A stretch of 64,000 bases of DNA from a bacterium (GTDB lineage Bacteria; Patescibacteriota; Minisyncoccia; Phycocordibacterales; UBA9973), in assembly GCA_037130655.1 (NCBI GenBank), contig JBAXSP010000003.1:68684-132683 (forward strand). Reading direction: 5' to 3'. Below are positions 20,230 to 33,099 of the stretch, in pieces. A program made the position numbers and the translations under genes. Below the pieces are notes generated by a model. It had not been told where the DNA came from. It did no database searches and saw nothing but the letters and a program-made list of their open reading frames with translations. Each line of letters begins with the position of its first letter. The first letter of the stretch is position 1.

Positions 20230-20275
20230 AAAGGGCCGATTCTACTCCGTAGAATCGGCCCTTGTCATTTTCCTA
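20230..20275 (+). terminator. Strong hairpin GGGCCGATTCTAC-TCCG-GTAGAATCGGCCC plus T-rich tail (terminator and/or part of rplJ leader)
   Basis: Perfect 13-bp inverted repeat followed by TTGTCATTTTCC. Confidence 0.55.
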
Positions 20276-20418
20276 TTTTTCCTATATAGTATTTTCCATA
20301 ACGCCGTAGAAAGAAGACAGGGTTTTACCCAGAGGATCTTCCGAGGTATCTCACAAATCATAAGGATTTGGATACGGACGTTTGGTCGAAAACCAAAATA
20401 AAAAATTATGCTAGCATT

Positions 20419-20907
20419 ATGGCTATTTCAAAAGATAAGAAAGTAGAAATTGTAGCGAAATTGGAAAAAGCAGTTGCTGATGCACAATCAGTGGTGTTTG
20501 TTCAATTTCACAAATTGACAGTATCTCAAGTAAACACACTTCGCCGTTCTCTTCAAAAAGAAGACGTCGGATATACGGTGGCTAAAAAGACACTTATCAA
20601 GCGTGCATTTGATACAAAAGGATATGAAGGGGAATTCCCTGAACTTCCTGGAGAAATCGCAATCGCGTACAGTAAGGATCTTCTAGCGCCAGCACACGGT
20701 GTCTACGATTTCATGAAGGAGAACAAAGATGTTCTAACTATTGAAGGAGGAGTATTCGAAGGAAAGTATTTGAGTAAAGAAGAAATGATGGCAATCGCAA
20801 CAATTCCAGGAACGCAAACACTTCGCGGAATGTTCGTTAATGTTATCAACTCTCCAATTCAACGATTTGTTATTGCTCTCGACAAGATTGCAGAAACAAA
20901 AAACTAG
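20419..20907 (+). CDS. rplJ: 50S ribosomal protein L10
   Basis: MAISKDKKVEIVAKLEKAVADAQSVVFVQF... has the L10 N-terminal domain signature. Start placed at the internal Met of ORF-track 20368. Confidence 0.85.
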   Translation: MAISKDKKVEIVAKLEKAVADAQSVVFVQFHKLTVSQVNTLRRSLQKEDVGYTVAKKTLIKRAFDTKGYEGEFPELPGEIAIAYSKDLLAPAHGVYDFMKENKDVLTIEGGVFEGKYLSKEEMMAIATIPGTQTLRGMFVNVINSPIQRFVIALDKIAETKN

Positions 20908-20965
20908 TGCCTGAAAGTCACGTAAAAAACTTTTAATAAATTATAAATTGTAACTAAAAAATATT

Positions 20966-21352
20966 ATGGAAGAAACAAATTTCGAAGTACCAGCAAAATT
21001 TGCTGATATCGTAAAAACTATCGAACAAATGTCAGTTATCGATTTGAATGAATTGGTAAAGACATTCGAACAAAAATTTGGTGTTTCTGCAGCAGCTGTT
21101 GCAGGACCAGCAGTAGCAGCAGGACCAGCAGCTGAAGAAAAAGATTCATTTACTGTTGTTCTATCAGCAGCAGGTGAACAAAAAATCGCTGTTATGAAAG
21201 CAGTTAAAGAAGCGCTTGGACTCGGTCTTAAAGAAGCTAAAGACCTCGTAGATGGTGCACCAGCAACATTGAAAGAAGGAATGAAGAAAGACGAAGCTGA
21301 AGCTCTTAAAAAAGCTGTTGAAGAAGCAGGAGGAAAGGTTGAGTTGAAATAA
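20966..21352 (+). CDS. rplL: 50S ribosomal protein L7/L12
   Basis: Ala-rich hinge, C-terminal domain [19 protein letters not shown]...[10 protein letters not shown]. Confidence 0.9.
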   Translation: MEETNFEVPAKFADIVKTIEQMSVIDLNELVKTFEQKFGVSAAAVAGPAVAAGPAAEEKDSFTVVLSAAGEQKIAVMKAVKEALGLGLKEAKDLVDGAPATLKEGMKKDEAEALKKAVEEAGGKVELK

Positions 21353-21435
21353 ACGAAGTTTGTTTTAACGAAAGCTTTCCGGAAGTACTCGGCTTTTCCT
21401 ACAAAGAAAAGCCAGGGTGCAAGGAGAAAAAAATA

Positions 21436-21472
21436 AACGACTGGATTTTCAAATCCAGTCGTTTATTTTTAT
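21436..21472 (+). terminator. Intrinsic terminator 1 of a tandem set after rplL
   Basis: AAACGACTGGATTTTCAAATCCAGTCGTTT + TTTTT. Confidence 0.7.
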
Positions 21473-21582
21473 AAAAGTTGAATTGAAATAAGCGAAGCTT
21501 AATTCAATTAAACTTTTCCGGCGCCCTAGGAGTCGCCTCAAAGCGACGAGAGAGGGCAGGAGGAAAACAAAAAATAGGACTC

Positions 21583-21612
21583 CTAAGTCCTATTTTTTGT
21601 TTTATAGATAAA
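21583..21612 (+). terminator. Intrinsic terminator 2 after rplL
   Basis: AATAGGACTCCTAAGTCCTATT + TTTTTGTTTT. Confidence 0.7.
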
Positions 21613-21635
21613 AACAGAACAGCTAAAAAGCGGCG

Positions 21636-21670
21636 GATTCCGAAGGAATCCGCCGCTTTTTCGTTTTCCA
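21636..21670 (+). terminator. Intrinsic terminator 3 after rplL
   Basis: AAAAGCGGCGGATTCCGAAGGAATCCGCCGCTTTTT. Confidence 0.75.
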
Positions 21671-21770
21671 CTAAAACCTAACCACTCTAAACGAGAACCT
21701 ATGATGTATACTATCTACATCAGCCCGTCTGGTCGTTAGAAATACTAAACTGCAGAATTCTGCCACAACC

Positions 21771-22370
21771 ATGGATATCTTAGGAAAATTATTCGGAACA
21801 CCGGCTCGAGTCAAATTGATGCGATTATTTCTTTTCAATACTGACACTGTCTACGATGTCAAAACCGCATGTCAAAGAACTCGAGTGCAAAAAGCATCAG
21901 GAAGAAAAGAATTAAACGCGCTTACTACTATTGGTTTCATCAAGAAAAAAATGGCAAAAGGAAAAACACTTGGTTATTCACTTAATCCAGATTTCAGATT
22001 TCTTGGTCCAATCAAAGCACTCCTTATTGATCCAGAATTTTTATCAAAAGAAGAATTGGTTGGCAGACTAAAAGGAGCAGGCAAATTGAAAATGCTTGTT
22101 GCTTCAGGTGTCTTTTTGCAAAACCCAGACAGCCGTCTCGACCTCCTCATTGTCTCAGACAAACTCAAGCGTCCAGTGCTTGATGAAGCAGTTCGTAAAC
22201 TCGAATCTGAAATCGGCAAAGAACTTGCCTATGCAGTTTTTGATACCGAAGAATTCAAATATCGTCTCGAAATGTATGACAAGCTTGTCTCTGATGTCTT
22301 TGATTTTGAGCACGAAAAGCTTATTACTGCTCCAGAGTTTTCCACACTCATCATAAAGAAAAAAGCATAA
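21771..22370 (+). CDS. Hypothetical protein, possible winged-helix N-terminal domain
   Basis: 199-aa ORF with a basic N-terminal region (PARVKLMRLFLF...RTRVQKASGRKELNAL). No confident family. Confidence 0.45.
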   Translation: MDILGKLFGTPARVKLMRLFLFNTDTVYDVKTACQRTRVQKASGRKELNALTTIGFIKKKMAKGKTLGYSLNPDFRFLGPIKALLIDPEFLSKEELVGRLKGAGKLKMLVASGVFLQNPDSRLDLLIVSDKLKRPVLDEAVRKLESEIGKELAYAVFDTEEFKYRLEMYDKLVSDVFDFEHEKLITAPEFSTLIIKKKA

Positions 22371-22442
22371 GTGATATAATAGATATACCCGAAAGGCAAT
22401 TGCCTCGAGGACTTTATCAACGGTTTTATTCATGAATTTTTT

Positions 22443-23123
22443 ATGTTGATTCAAACATGGGGTGATGTATTTACATCATCAGTTTACAATCTCTGGTATG
22501 GGATCATTGCGTACGTACCAATGCTCATTCTTGCGATCGTAGTTTTCATTATTGGCTGGGTAATTGCTTCTGTAGTTGGAAAGGCATTTGCACAAGTTAT
22601 CGGAGCACTCAAGCTTGATAAGTTTTTCGCACAAGCAGGAATGGAAGCAGCTCTTTCAAAAGCTGGTTTCAAACTTGATGTTGGTGGATTCATCGGTGGA
22701 CTAGTAAAATGGTTCATCATCGTTATCTTCTTGATGACATCACTTGATTTCTTGGGACTTTCTCAAGTAAGTGGTTTCCTTCGTGAAGTAGTAGTGCAAT
22801 ACATTCCACAAGTGATTGTTGCTGCACTAATACTTATGGTTGCGGGTGTGGTTTCTCAAACAGCTCGACGTATCATCACTGGTGGTGCAAAAGCTGCTAA
22901 CATTACTTCAGCAGGACTACTAGGTTCTATTGCGTACCACGCAATTTGGATCTTTGCATTCATCATTGCGCTATCACAACTTGGTATTGCAAGTGGATTT
23001 ATGAACACTCTATTTGCTGGAATCGTTGGAATGCTTGCACTAGCAGGCGGACTAGCATTCGGTCTTGGAGGGAAAGAAGCTGCAGCTCGCGCTGTTGAAC
23101 ACTTCCGTTCAGATATGAAATAA
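22443..23123 (+). CDS. Membrane protein with repeated conserved-TM-helix (MscS-N-like) motifs
   Basis: Two repeats of the pattern ...YIP.(L/V)I.A..IL..G...S......I.G. Extended -10 TGATATAAT at 22371. Confidence 0.5.
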   Translation: MLIQTWGDVFTSSVYNLWYGIIAYVPMLILAIVVFIIGWVIASVVGKAFAQVIGALKLDKFFAQAGMEAALSKAGFKLDVGGFIGGLVKWFIIVIFLMTSLDFLGLSQVSGFLREVVVQYIPQVIVAALILMVAGVVSQTARRIITGGAKAANITSAGLLGSIAYHAIWIFAFIIALSQLGIASGFMNTLFAGIVGMLALAGGLAFGLGGKEAAARAVEHFRSDMK

Positions 23124-23142
23124 GAGATTATTTCTAAATAAA

Positions 23143-23180
23143 ATAACACGACGAAAGTCGTGTTATTTTATTTTTTAAAA
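23143..23180 (+). terminator. Rho-independent terminator
   Basis: AACACGACGAAAGTCGTGTT + TATTTTATTTTTT. Confidence 0.7.
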
Positions 23181-23300
23181 AGCTTCAAAAAACAGTGAAA
23201 AAGCTCAATCAAAAAAATGGATTTAAAACCTTAAAAATCAAGGTTTTGACTCGATTTACGAGGGGGTAAAAATTATATACAAGAACCTTTGAAATTCCAC

Positions 23301-23329
23301 TTGACTTCAAATCTTGATTGAGATATACT
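23301..23329 (+). promoter_or_regulatory. Sigma70-type rRNA promoter TTGACT-17nt-TATACT (second TTGAC-containing candidate ~55 nt upstream)
   Basis: Consensus-like -35 and -10 hexamers with a 17-nt spacer, ~140 nt upstream of the 23S 5' end. Confidence 0.65.
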
Positions 23330-23469
23330 CGCCCTTGTATTCTTTGAAAAAGTAAACCCGCCCTCCGCTCCTTTCATTAGGGGTCTTTTCAAGAATGGAG
23401 AGGCGGATAAAACACGATGTACACAACGAAGCGGTTCTGCGTGTACATCGTTTAGGAAAGTGGTTTTTA

Positions 23470-27046
<3,577 letters not shown>

Positions 27047-27171
27047 TGAAAACCACGTGCGATTGTTTTCGCATATATACATATAAAACAACTATGAACA
27101 CTCAATTTTGATTGGTAATGATATACAATTATTACTTGATCTTGTTGATTATGGTACTTTGAGTACTTAGT

Positions 27172-27280
<109 letters not shown>

Positions 27281-27379
27281 AAGTACTCAAATATCTAGTC
27301 ATTAAGATCAAGTAATAAACGTACTGACTTACTGATCAAAATTGAGTGTTCATAGCTAAGAATTTTTTAGAATACACAG

Positions 27380-27412
27380 AAAATACCACGCAAGTGGTAT
27401 TTTTTGTTTGTA
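27380..27412 (+). terminator. rRNA operon terminator
   Basis: AAAATACCACGCAAGTGGTATTTT + TTGTTTGTATTTTTT. Confidence 0.7.
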
Positions 27413-27465
27413 TTTTTTCTTATAACTTAAATCTTTAATCTAAAAAATTATGCTATAATTTTTTT

Positions 27466-28248
27466 ATGACTTGGGCAAATCGTCACCGCGCAGTATATCT
27501 CGCAGGACTTCTTCTGGTAATCGCAGGAGCAGTCTATTTGACGATTCGTCCATATATCAATGTCGCTCCAACTTGTTTTGATATGAAGCAAAACGGTGAC
27601 GAAGCTGGTGTTGATTGTGGTGGTGGATGTGATTTGTATTGTCCATCACAAATCAAAAATCCTGTCGTCTTGTGGAGTCGTTCATACAAAGTAACTGACC
27701 AGATTTATAATGCCGTTGCGTATATAGAAAACCAAAATCCAAACGCAGTTACTTCACGACTTGAGTATGTGTTTCGTTTGTACGATGAAAACAATATTCT
27801 CATTGCTTCTCGAGAAGGAGCAACAACACTTGCTCCAAATGGTAGACAAGTAATTTTTGAAGGTGGTATTTCGGTTGCCGATCACACACCAAAGAGAACA
27901 TCATTTTCAGTTACCAATAGTCCAATTTGGTACAAAAATACTACATCGATTGCCAGTCTGCCGATTCGTATTGAAGATGTTCGTGAACCAATTGATTTAA
28001 CCAGTCCAAAAGTGACAGCTACGGTCAAAAATATTGGCCTGATAAAACTCCCTCCGTTTAAGGTTTCTATTATTGTGACTGATGAAGAAAATAATGTTGA
28101 GGCAGTGTCACAAACATTGGTAGATGAAATCAATCCCGACGGTTCATTTCCGGTGGTGTTTACTTGGCCATATGCTTTTTCAAGTAAACCGCTTCGATAT
28201 ATTATCGAACCAATCGTTGATGTGCTTTCTTTGCCGAAACTAAACTAA
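27466..28248 (+). CDS. Hypothetical membrane-anchored protein with Cys-rich segment
   Basis: N-terminal TM helix, CGGGCDLYC motif. Extended -10 TGCTATAAT 6 nt upstream of the ATG. Confidence 0.5.
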   Translation: MTWANRHRAVYLAGLLLVIAGAVYLTIRPYINVAPTCFDMKQNGDEAGVDCGGGCDLYCPSQIKNPVVLWSRSYKVTDQIYNAVAYIENQNPNAVTSRLEYVFRLYDENNILIASREGATTLAPNGRQVIFEGGISVADHTPKRTSFSVTNSPIWYKNTTSIASLPIRIEDVREPIDLTSPKVTATVKNIGLIKLPPFKVSIIVTDEENNVEAVSQTLVDEINPDGSFPVVFTWPYAFSSKPLRYIIEPIVDVLSLPKLN

Positions 28249-28249
28249 T

Positions 28250-29377
28250 ATGGAACACAAACAAAAAAGCTCAATTGATTGGTTGCTCTTTGGTAGTATG
28301 TTGCCGATTATTGGCGCAGGTCTTATTACCATGAGCGGGTTGGGGAGTGATGCAAAATCTTTTTTCTTCAAACAAGGTATTTTTGTTGTTATTTCACTCG
28401 TACTCTTTTTTCTTTGTAGTCGTTTTGATGTACGTATTTTCAAAGAATCACGATTGTTGATGCGATTGTTTATTGGTTTTCTTTCGATACTTTTAATTTT
28501 GTTTGTTGTTGGTCACACCGCAAAAGGTGCAAAAAGTTGGTTTTCTTTTGGAGGTTTTTCATTTCAGCCGGTTGATGCCATGAAGCTTGTTGTTATACTG
28601 TTGTTGGCAAAATATTTTTCTCGCAGACATGTGGCGATTGGGGATTGGAAGCATGTGATTGTTTCTAGTGTGTATGCATTTATTCCATTTATATTGGTTT
28701 TTTTGCAACCAGACTTCGGTAGTGCGATGGTAATCTTTTTTGTCTGGTTTGGTATGTTGTTGACCTCAGGACTTCGAAGAAAACAATTATTGGTATTAAT
28801 ATCTATCGGTATCATTGCGTTTGCTTGTTTATGGGTTGGTGTATTTAAGTCGTACCAAAAAGCTCGTATCGAAAACTTTCTCAATCCAATGAGTGATATT
28901 CGTGGCTCTGGATACAATGTGTACCAATCAACCATCGCTGTCGGCTCAGGGCAGTTTTTGGGTAAAGGGGTAGGGTTCGGCACACAATCACGATTGCAAT
29001 ATTTGCCTGAATATCAAACAGACTTTATTTTCTCTGCCTTTGCTGAAGAATGGGGGTTCCTTGGATCAGTGTTGTTGTTACTCTTTTACTTGGTGCTTAT
29101 TTGGAGAATTATTTATATTGCGCAAATTGGTGCAACGAACTTTGAAATATTGTTTGGTACAGGGATAGCTATTTTGTTTATTTCACACATCGTTATCAAC
29201 GTAGGAATGAATATTGGACTTATGCCGGTGACTGGAATTCCGTTGCCACTGATGAGTTATGGTGGGTCTCATTTGTTGATCGAGTGTATTGCATTGGGGC
29301 TGCTTTCGAGTACTTTGCGCTATAGTCGAGCTACGCACCCCGATCGCATGAAAAACGAATTCCTAGGATCAGTCTGA
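28250..29377 (+). CDS. SEDS-family peptidoglycan glycosyltransferase (FtsW/RodA)
   Basis: 10-TM protein. GSGQFLGKGVGFGTQSRLQYLPEYQTDFIFSAFAEEWGFLGS is an FtsW/RodA signature. Confidence 0.85.
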   Translation: MEHKQKSSIDWLLFGSMLPIIGAGLITMSGLGSDAKSFFFKQGIFVVISLVLFFLCSRFDVRIFKESRLLMRLFIGFLSILLILFVVGHTAKGAKSWFSFGGFSFQPVDAMKLVVILLLAKYFSRRHVAIGDWKHVIVSSVYAFIPFILVFLQPDFGSAMVIFFVWFGMLLTSGLRRKQLLVLISIGIIAFACLWVGVFKSYQKARIENFLNPMSDIRGSGYNVYQSTIAVGSGQFLGKGVGFGTQSRLQYLPEYQTDFIFSAFAEEWGFLGSVLLLLFYLVLIWRIIYIAQIGATNFEILFGTGIAILFISHIVINVGMNIGLMPVTGIPLPLMSYGGSHLLIECIALGLLSSTLRYSRATHPDRMKNEFLGSV

Positions 29378-29379
29378 TA

Positions 29380-29490
29380 AAAATTCTTCAGCTACTGCAT
29401 TGTCTTCGGCGGAAAAACACTCAATGTACAATACGTACATCTCGTATTTTTCCGCCATTGACGCCTTGTATCTGAAGTTTTTTATCAAAC
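29380..29490. repeat. ~110-bp imperfect-palindrome intergenic repeat, copy 1 (second copy at 57716-57840)
   Basis: Shares AAAAATTCTTCA..TACTGC.TT.T.TTCG.CG.GAAA...ATGCCTTGTAT.TGAAGTTTTTTA with 57716-57840. Internal GGCGGAAAAA pairs with TTTTTCCGCC. Confidence 0.6.
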
Positions 29491-29576
29491 CGATAAATTC
29501 AGTGCTAGAGAAATAATCCTCCATTTTTCCTTTATTTTTTTAGTGTTCAAGACATAATTTTGATACAATAAATGGA

Positions 29577-30059
29577 ATGTTCAATTTCCTTTTCTCATTA
29601 TCAAAATATCCACTGATCGCAAAGAGTGCATTATTCATTTCGTATCCATTTGCTTATGTCGCACCTGTTATAATCGTCGTTTTTCTTTTGGTAAGAAAAC
29701 AGCAAAAAATGGCCACTTTTTCTTTATTATTTTTGACAGGATTTTTTTCTTGGATATCTGCAAGGGTAATTAAGAATATGTTCCATACAGTCAGACCATA
29801 TATTGAGCAAAACGTAGTACCATTATTTTATGAACCAGGATATAGTTTTCCATCAGAGCATGTCACTATTTTCACTGCTTTGAGCGTGGCGGTATTTTTC
29901 TTGCACAGGAAATGTGGAATAGTTTTAGGTGTCATTACTATTTTAATAGCAATTTCAAGAATCATTATTGGTGTCCATTATCCGATCGATATTCTCGGGG
30001 GATTTGTACTTGGAGGAATAATCGGATTTTTATTAGTTAAGGTATTTAAAAATATATGA
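29577..30059 (+). CDS. PAP2-family phosphatase (undecaprenyl-diphosphate phosphatase-like)
   Basis: PAP2 motifs KxxxxxxRP (KNMFHTVRP), PSEH, SRxxxxxHxxxD (SRIIIGVHYPIDIL). Confidence 0.75.
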   Translation: MFNFLFSLSKYPLIAKSALFISYPFAYVAPVIIVVFLLVRKQQKMATFSLLFLTGFFSWISARVIKNMFHTVRPYIEQNVVPLFYEPGYSFPSEHVTIFTALSVAVFFLHRKCGIVLGVITILIAISRIIIGVHYPIDILGGFVLGGIIGFLLVKVFKNI

Positions 30060-30835
30060 GTTTTTTGCACACAGTCATATTGGGTATCGTAGAAGGGTTG
30101 ACGGAATTTTTACCGATCTCATCAACGGCGCACATTGATATCGCACGTTCATTGCTTGCGATACCAGTGAGTGAGTTTATCAAGAGTTTTGAAATTATTA
30201 TTCAGCTTGGAGCGATTTGCGCCGTCATAGTTGTCTACGGTAAAAAGATTTTGACATCGGCTTGCTATATCCGGAATCTGTGCATTGCATTTATTCCGAC
30301 CGGTATCATCGGTTTTTTGTTGTACAAGATCATCAAAGCTTTTTTGATCGGCAATATACTCATTGCAGGGATTATGCTGTTGCTCGGTGGAATTATCATC
30401 ATTGTATTTGAACGAAGAGAAGTAAGAAAAGTTGTTCCTGTTTCTGATATAGCTGTAGAAAATTTATCTATAAAAACATTATTATCGCTCGGTGTAATTC
30501 AAGCACTTGCAGTCGTTCCTGGAGTTTCTCGCTCGGGTGCGGTCATTATTGGAGGCCGTATGCTCGGCCTCCCAAAAACCACGATTACCGAATTTTCATT
30601 TGCACTGGCAATTCCTACAATGCTCGCGGCTACTGCATATGATTTATTGAAATCTGGACTTTCTTTTTCAAGCAGTCAGTGGGGAACAGTCGCACTCGGA
30701 TTTATTATTTCTTTCTTGGTTGCATTTGCAGTAATTAAATGGTTTCTTTCGTATATCAAAAAACATTCATTTGAAGTGTTCGGCTGGTATCGGGTTATCA
30801 TAGGCAGTATTATTATATTAATTTTTATTCTATAA
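30056..30835 (+). CDS. uppP: Undecaprenyl-diphosphatase UppP/BacA
   Basis: ILGIVEGLTEFLPISSTAHI, GVSRSGAVIIGG, 8 TM helices. Confidence 0.85.
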   Translation: MSFLHTVILGIVEGLTEFLPISSTAHIDIARSLLAIPVSEFIKSFEIIIQLGAICAVIVVYGKKILTSACYIRNLCIAFIPTGIIGFLLYKIIKAFLIGNILIAGIMLLLGGIIIIVFERREVRKVVPVSDIAVENLSIKTLLSLGVIQALAVVPGVSRSGAVIIGGRMLGLPKTTITEFSFALAIPTMLAATAYDLLKSGLSFSSSQWGTVALGFIISFLVAFAVIKWFLSYIKKHSFEVFGWYRVIIGSIIILIFIL

Positions 30836-30858
30836 TAATGTGTTATAATAATTTCTAT

Positions 30859-31650
30859 ATGAAAAAACAAAGATTGATACTTTTTGGTACCGTATTGTTG
30901 TTAGTTATAATTACTGTCTATCTTTTACATTCCAATTCTATTTCTAAATCGACACAACCGAACAATCTAGCTGCAGCAGCAGTTGGCTCTTGTCCATATG
31001 GCTGTAGTCCAAGTAATTTTACTGAAACAGTAAAAGCAGTGAGTCAAAATAGTGTAATTCTTTCTACAAGCTTTGCTAATCAGAACTATTCCAATTTTCC
31101 AAATACTCCAACATCCATTTATTTTAGTTATGACAAAGTAAATAATCCTCAAAGTACTAATGGTTTTGGGTATAATCAATATGTTAATAAAACAAAAAAT
31201 ACTGACTATCTCGGTTCAAATATAACTGCCACTGCGGTATTGAATGGTTTAGAGCCTGATACAACATATTATTGGGGATATAATGCATTGATAAAAATAA
31301 ATAAAAGTATATATCTTACTTTTCCAAATAGTTTTGAATTCACAACTCTTGCTCCTCAAGCTGACACTCTTAACGCAAATAAAATAGGCAAAACATTCGC
31401 CACGATCAATGGAACAGTAAGTACTTCAATGCAAACACTGCAATTTAAGTATGGAACAAGTTCTGGAAGTCTGACAAAAATGGCAGTAGCAACTGGATTT
31501 ACTCCACTCGTCGCTTCCCCTGTTTCTGCAATGATTATTGGACTTACTCCAAACACTACTTATTACTATCAACTTGTTGGAACGTGGACTGGAGCTGCAG
31601 GAACAAAAACAGCAGCAGGACAGATACTGAGTTTTAAAACATTGCCATAA
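30859..31650 (+). CDS. Secreted protein with two fibronectin-III-like repeats
   Basis: Signal/TM MKKQRLILFGTVLLLVIITVYL. Repeats LEPDTTYYWGYNA and LTPNTTYYYQLVG. Start at the internal ATG to avoid overlap. Confidence 0.55.
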   Translation: MKKQRLILFGTVLLLVIITVYLLHSNSISKSTQPNNLAAAAVGSCPYGCSPSNFTETVKAVSQNSVILSTSFANQNYSNFPNTPTSIYFSYDKVNNPQSTNGFGYNQYVNKTKNTDYLGSNITATAVLNGLEPDTTYYWGYNALIKINKSIYLTFPNSFEFTTLAPQADTLNANKIGKTFATINGTVSTSMQTLQFKYGTSSGSLTKMAVATGFTPLVASPVSAMIIGLTPNTTYYYQLVGTWTGAAGTKTAAGQILSFKTLP

Positions 31651-31740
31651 AGAACATATAAATTCTAACTTAGCAATGGCCACAAACGTACGTTTGTGGC
31701 CATTGCTTTTTACGCTAAAAGCCTATAAAATAGTCCTATT

Positions 31741-33093
31741 ATGTGGAAAATCAGAACAGTTTCGTTAATACTTATTATTCTTGCAGTGGGTGTCGGTTTC
31801 TTTGTTTATAAGAGTGAGGTTTCAGGAAGTAAAAGATATGGTTTTCACCAAGGTCTCGACCTGAAAGGTGGAACACATCTTATCTATAGTGCAGATGTTT
31901 CTCAAATCGCAAAAGAAGATGTTCGTTCATCAATGGACGCACTTCGTGATGTGATTGAACGTCGTGTCAATTTGTTTGGTGTTTCAGAACCTGTTGTGCA
32001 AATACAAGAAGGTGGTTTTACTAATGGTGAACAATTGATTGTTGATTTGCCTGGTGTGACTGATGTTGAAAAAGCAACAGCTATGATCGGCCAAACTCCT
32101 TTACTTGAATTCAAAACTGAAAATCCAAAACCAGGAATGGCAGAATTGAAAGTTGGTGCAGATGGAAAAGCAACACTTGATCCACAAGAATTACAAGATG
32201 CAAAATACATCAACACAGCATTGACTGGACGATATTTGAAAAAAGCGTATTTGGAATTTGACCCAAATACTCGTGAACCTCGCGTCAGTGTGCAATTCGA
32301 CGATACTGGTTCAGCATTGTTCGAAAAGATTACCAAAGAAAATATCGGCAAAACAGTCGCTATTTATCTCGATGGTGCACCTATTTCTACACCAGTTGTT
32401 CGTGAAGCAATCTCTGGTGGACGTGCAGTCATTTCAGGAAATTTCACTCCGAACGAAGCAAAATTGTTTGTTGGCCGTTTGAACTCTGGTGCACTTCCAG
32501 TGCCAATCTCTTTGGTTTCTACTGAATCAATAGGTGCGTCTCTTGGGGAACAAGCAACACATGATGGAGTCAAAGCAGCATTGATTGGATTTCTTGCCGT
32601 CGCACTCTTCTTGATTTTCTGGTACCGCCTCCCTGGATTGATTGCAATCTTGGCACTTTCTATCTATGTATCAATTATGCTCGCATTATTTAAATTGGTT
32701 CCGGTTACTTTGACTGCTGCTGGTATTGCTGGATTCATTATTACAATCGGTACGGCGGTTGATGGAAACATCCTCATCTTCGAACGTATCAAAGAAGAAA
32801 TCCGTGCAGGTAAAACAATTGCTGATGCAATCAAGGCAGGTTTTGAACGAGCATGGTTTTCTATTCGTGACTCAAACTTGGCGTCTATTATCTCAGGACT
32901 TATTTTGTTCTGGGTTGGTACACCACTGATGAAAGGGTTTGCATTGACACTAGTCATCGGTATGATCGTCTCTTTGGTTTCAGCTGTTTCAATCTCAAAA
33001 GCATTTATGTACTCACTTCGTTTTACAAAAAACACCAAGTTTACAAAGTTCCTCTTTGGGTCGGGTTTTTCTTTTAACCAAAAAAATAATTAA
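31741..33093 (+). CDS. secD: Protein translocase subunit SecD
   Basis: N-terminal TM, large periplasmic domain, C-terminal 6-TM domain with LTLTAAGIAGFIITIGTAVDGNILIFERIKEE. Confidence 0.85.
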   Translation: MWKIRTVSLILIILAVGVGFFVYKSEVSGSKRYGFHQGLDLKGGTHLIYSADVSQIAKEDVRSSMDALRDVIERRVNLFGVSEPVVQIQEGGFTNGEQLIVDLPGVTDVEKATAMIGQTPLLEFKTENPKPGMAELKVGADGKATLDPQELQDAKYINTALTGRYLKKAYLEFDPNTREPRVSVQFDDTGSALFEKITKENIGKTVAIYLDGAPISTPVVREAISGGRAVISGNFTPNEAKLFVGRLNSGALPVPISLVSTESIGASLGEQATHDGVKAALIGFLAVALFLIFWYRLPGLIAILALSIYVSIMLALFKLVPVTLTAAGIAGFIITIGTAVDGNILIFERIKEEIRAGKTIADAIKAGFERAWFSIRDSNLASIISGLILFWVGTPLMKGFALTLVIGMIVSLVSAVSISKAFMYSLRFTKNTKFTKFLFGSGFSFNQKNN

Positions 33094-33099
33094 TTCTAT

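Noticed and set aside
27290-27300. CTAGTCATTAAG just after the 5S gene, resembling the TAGTCATTAG repeat unit
   Set aside because: Only a 9-nt match, which is part of the 5S processing stem. It is too short to call a repeat copy.
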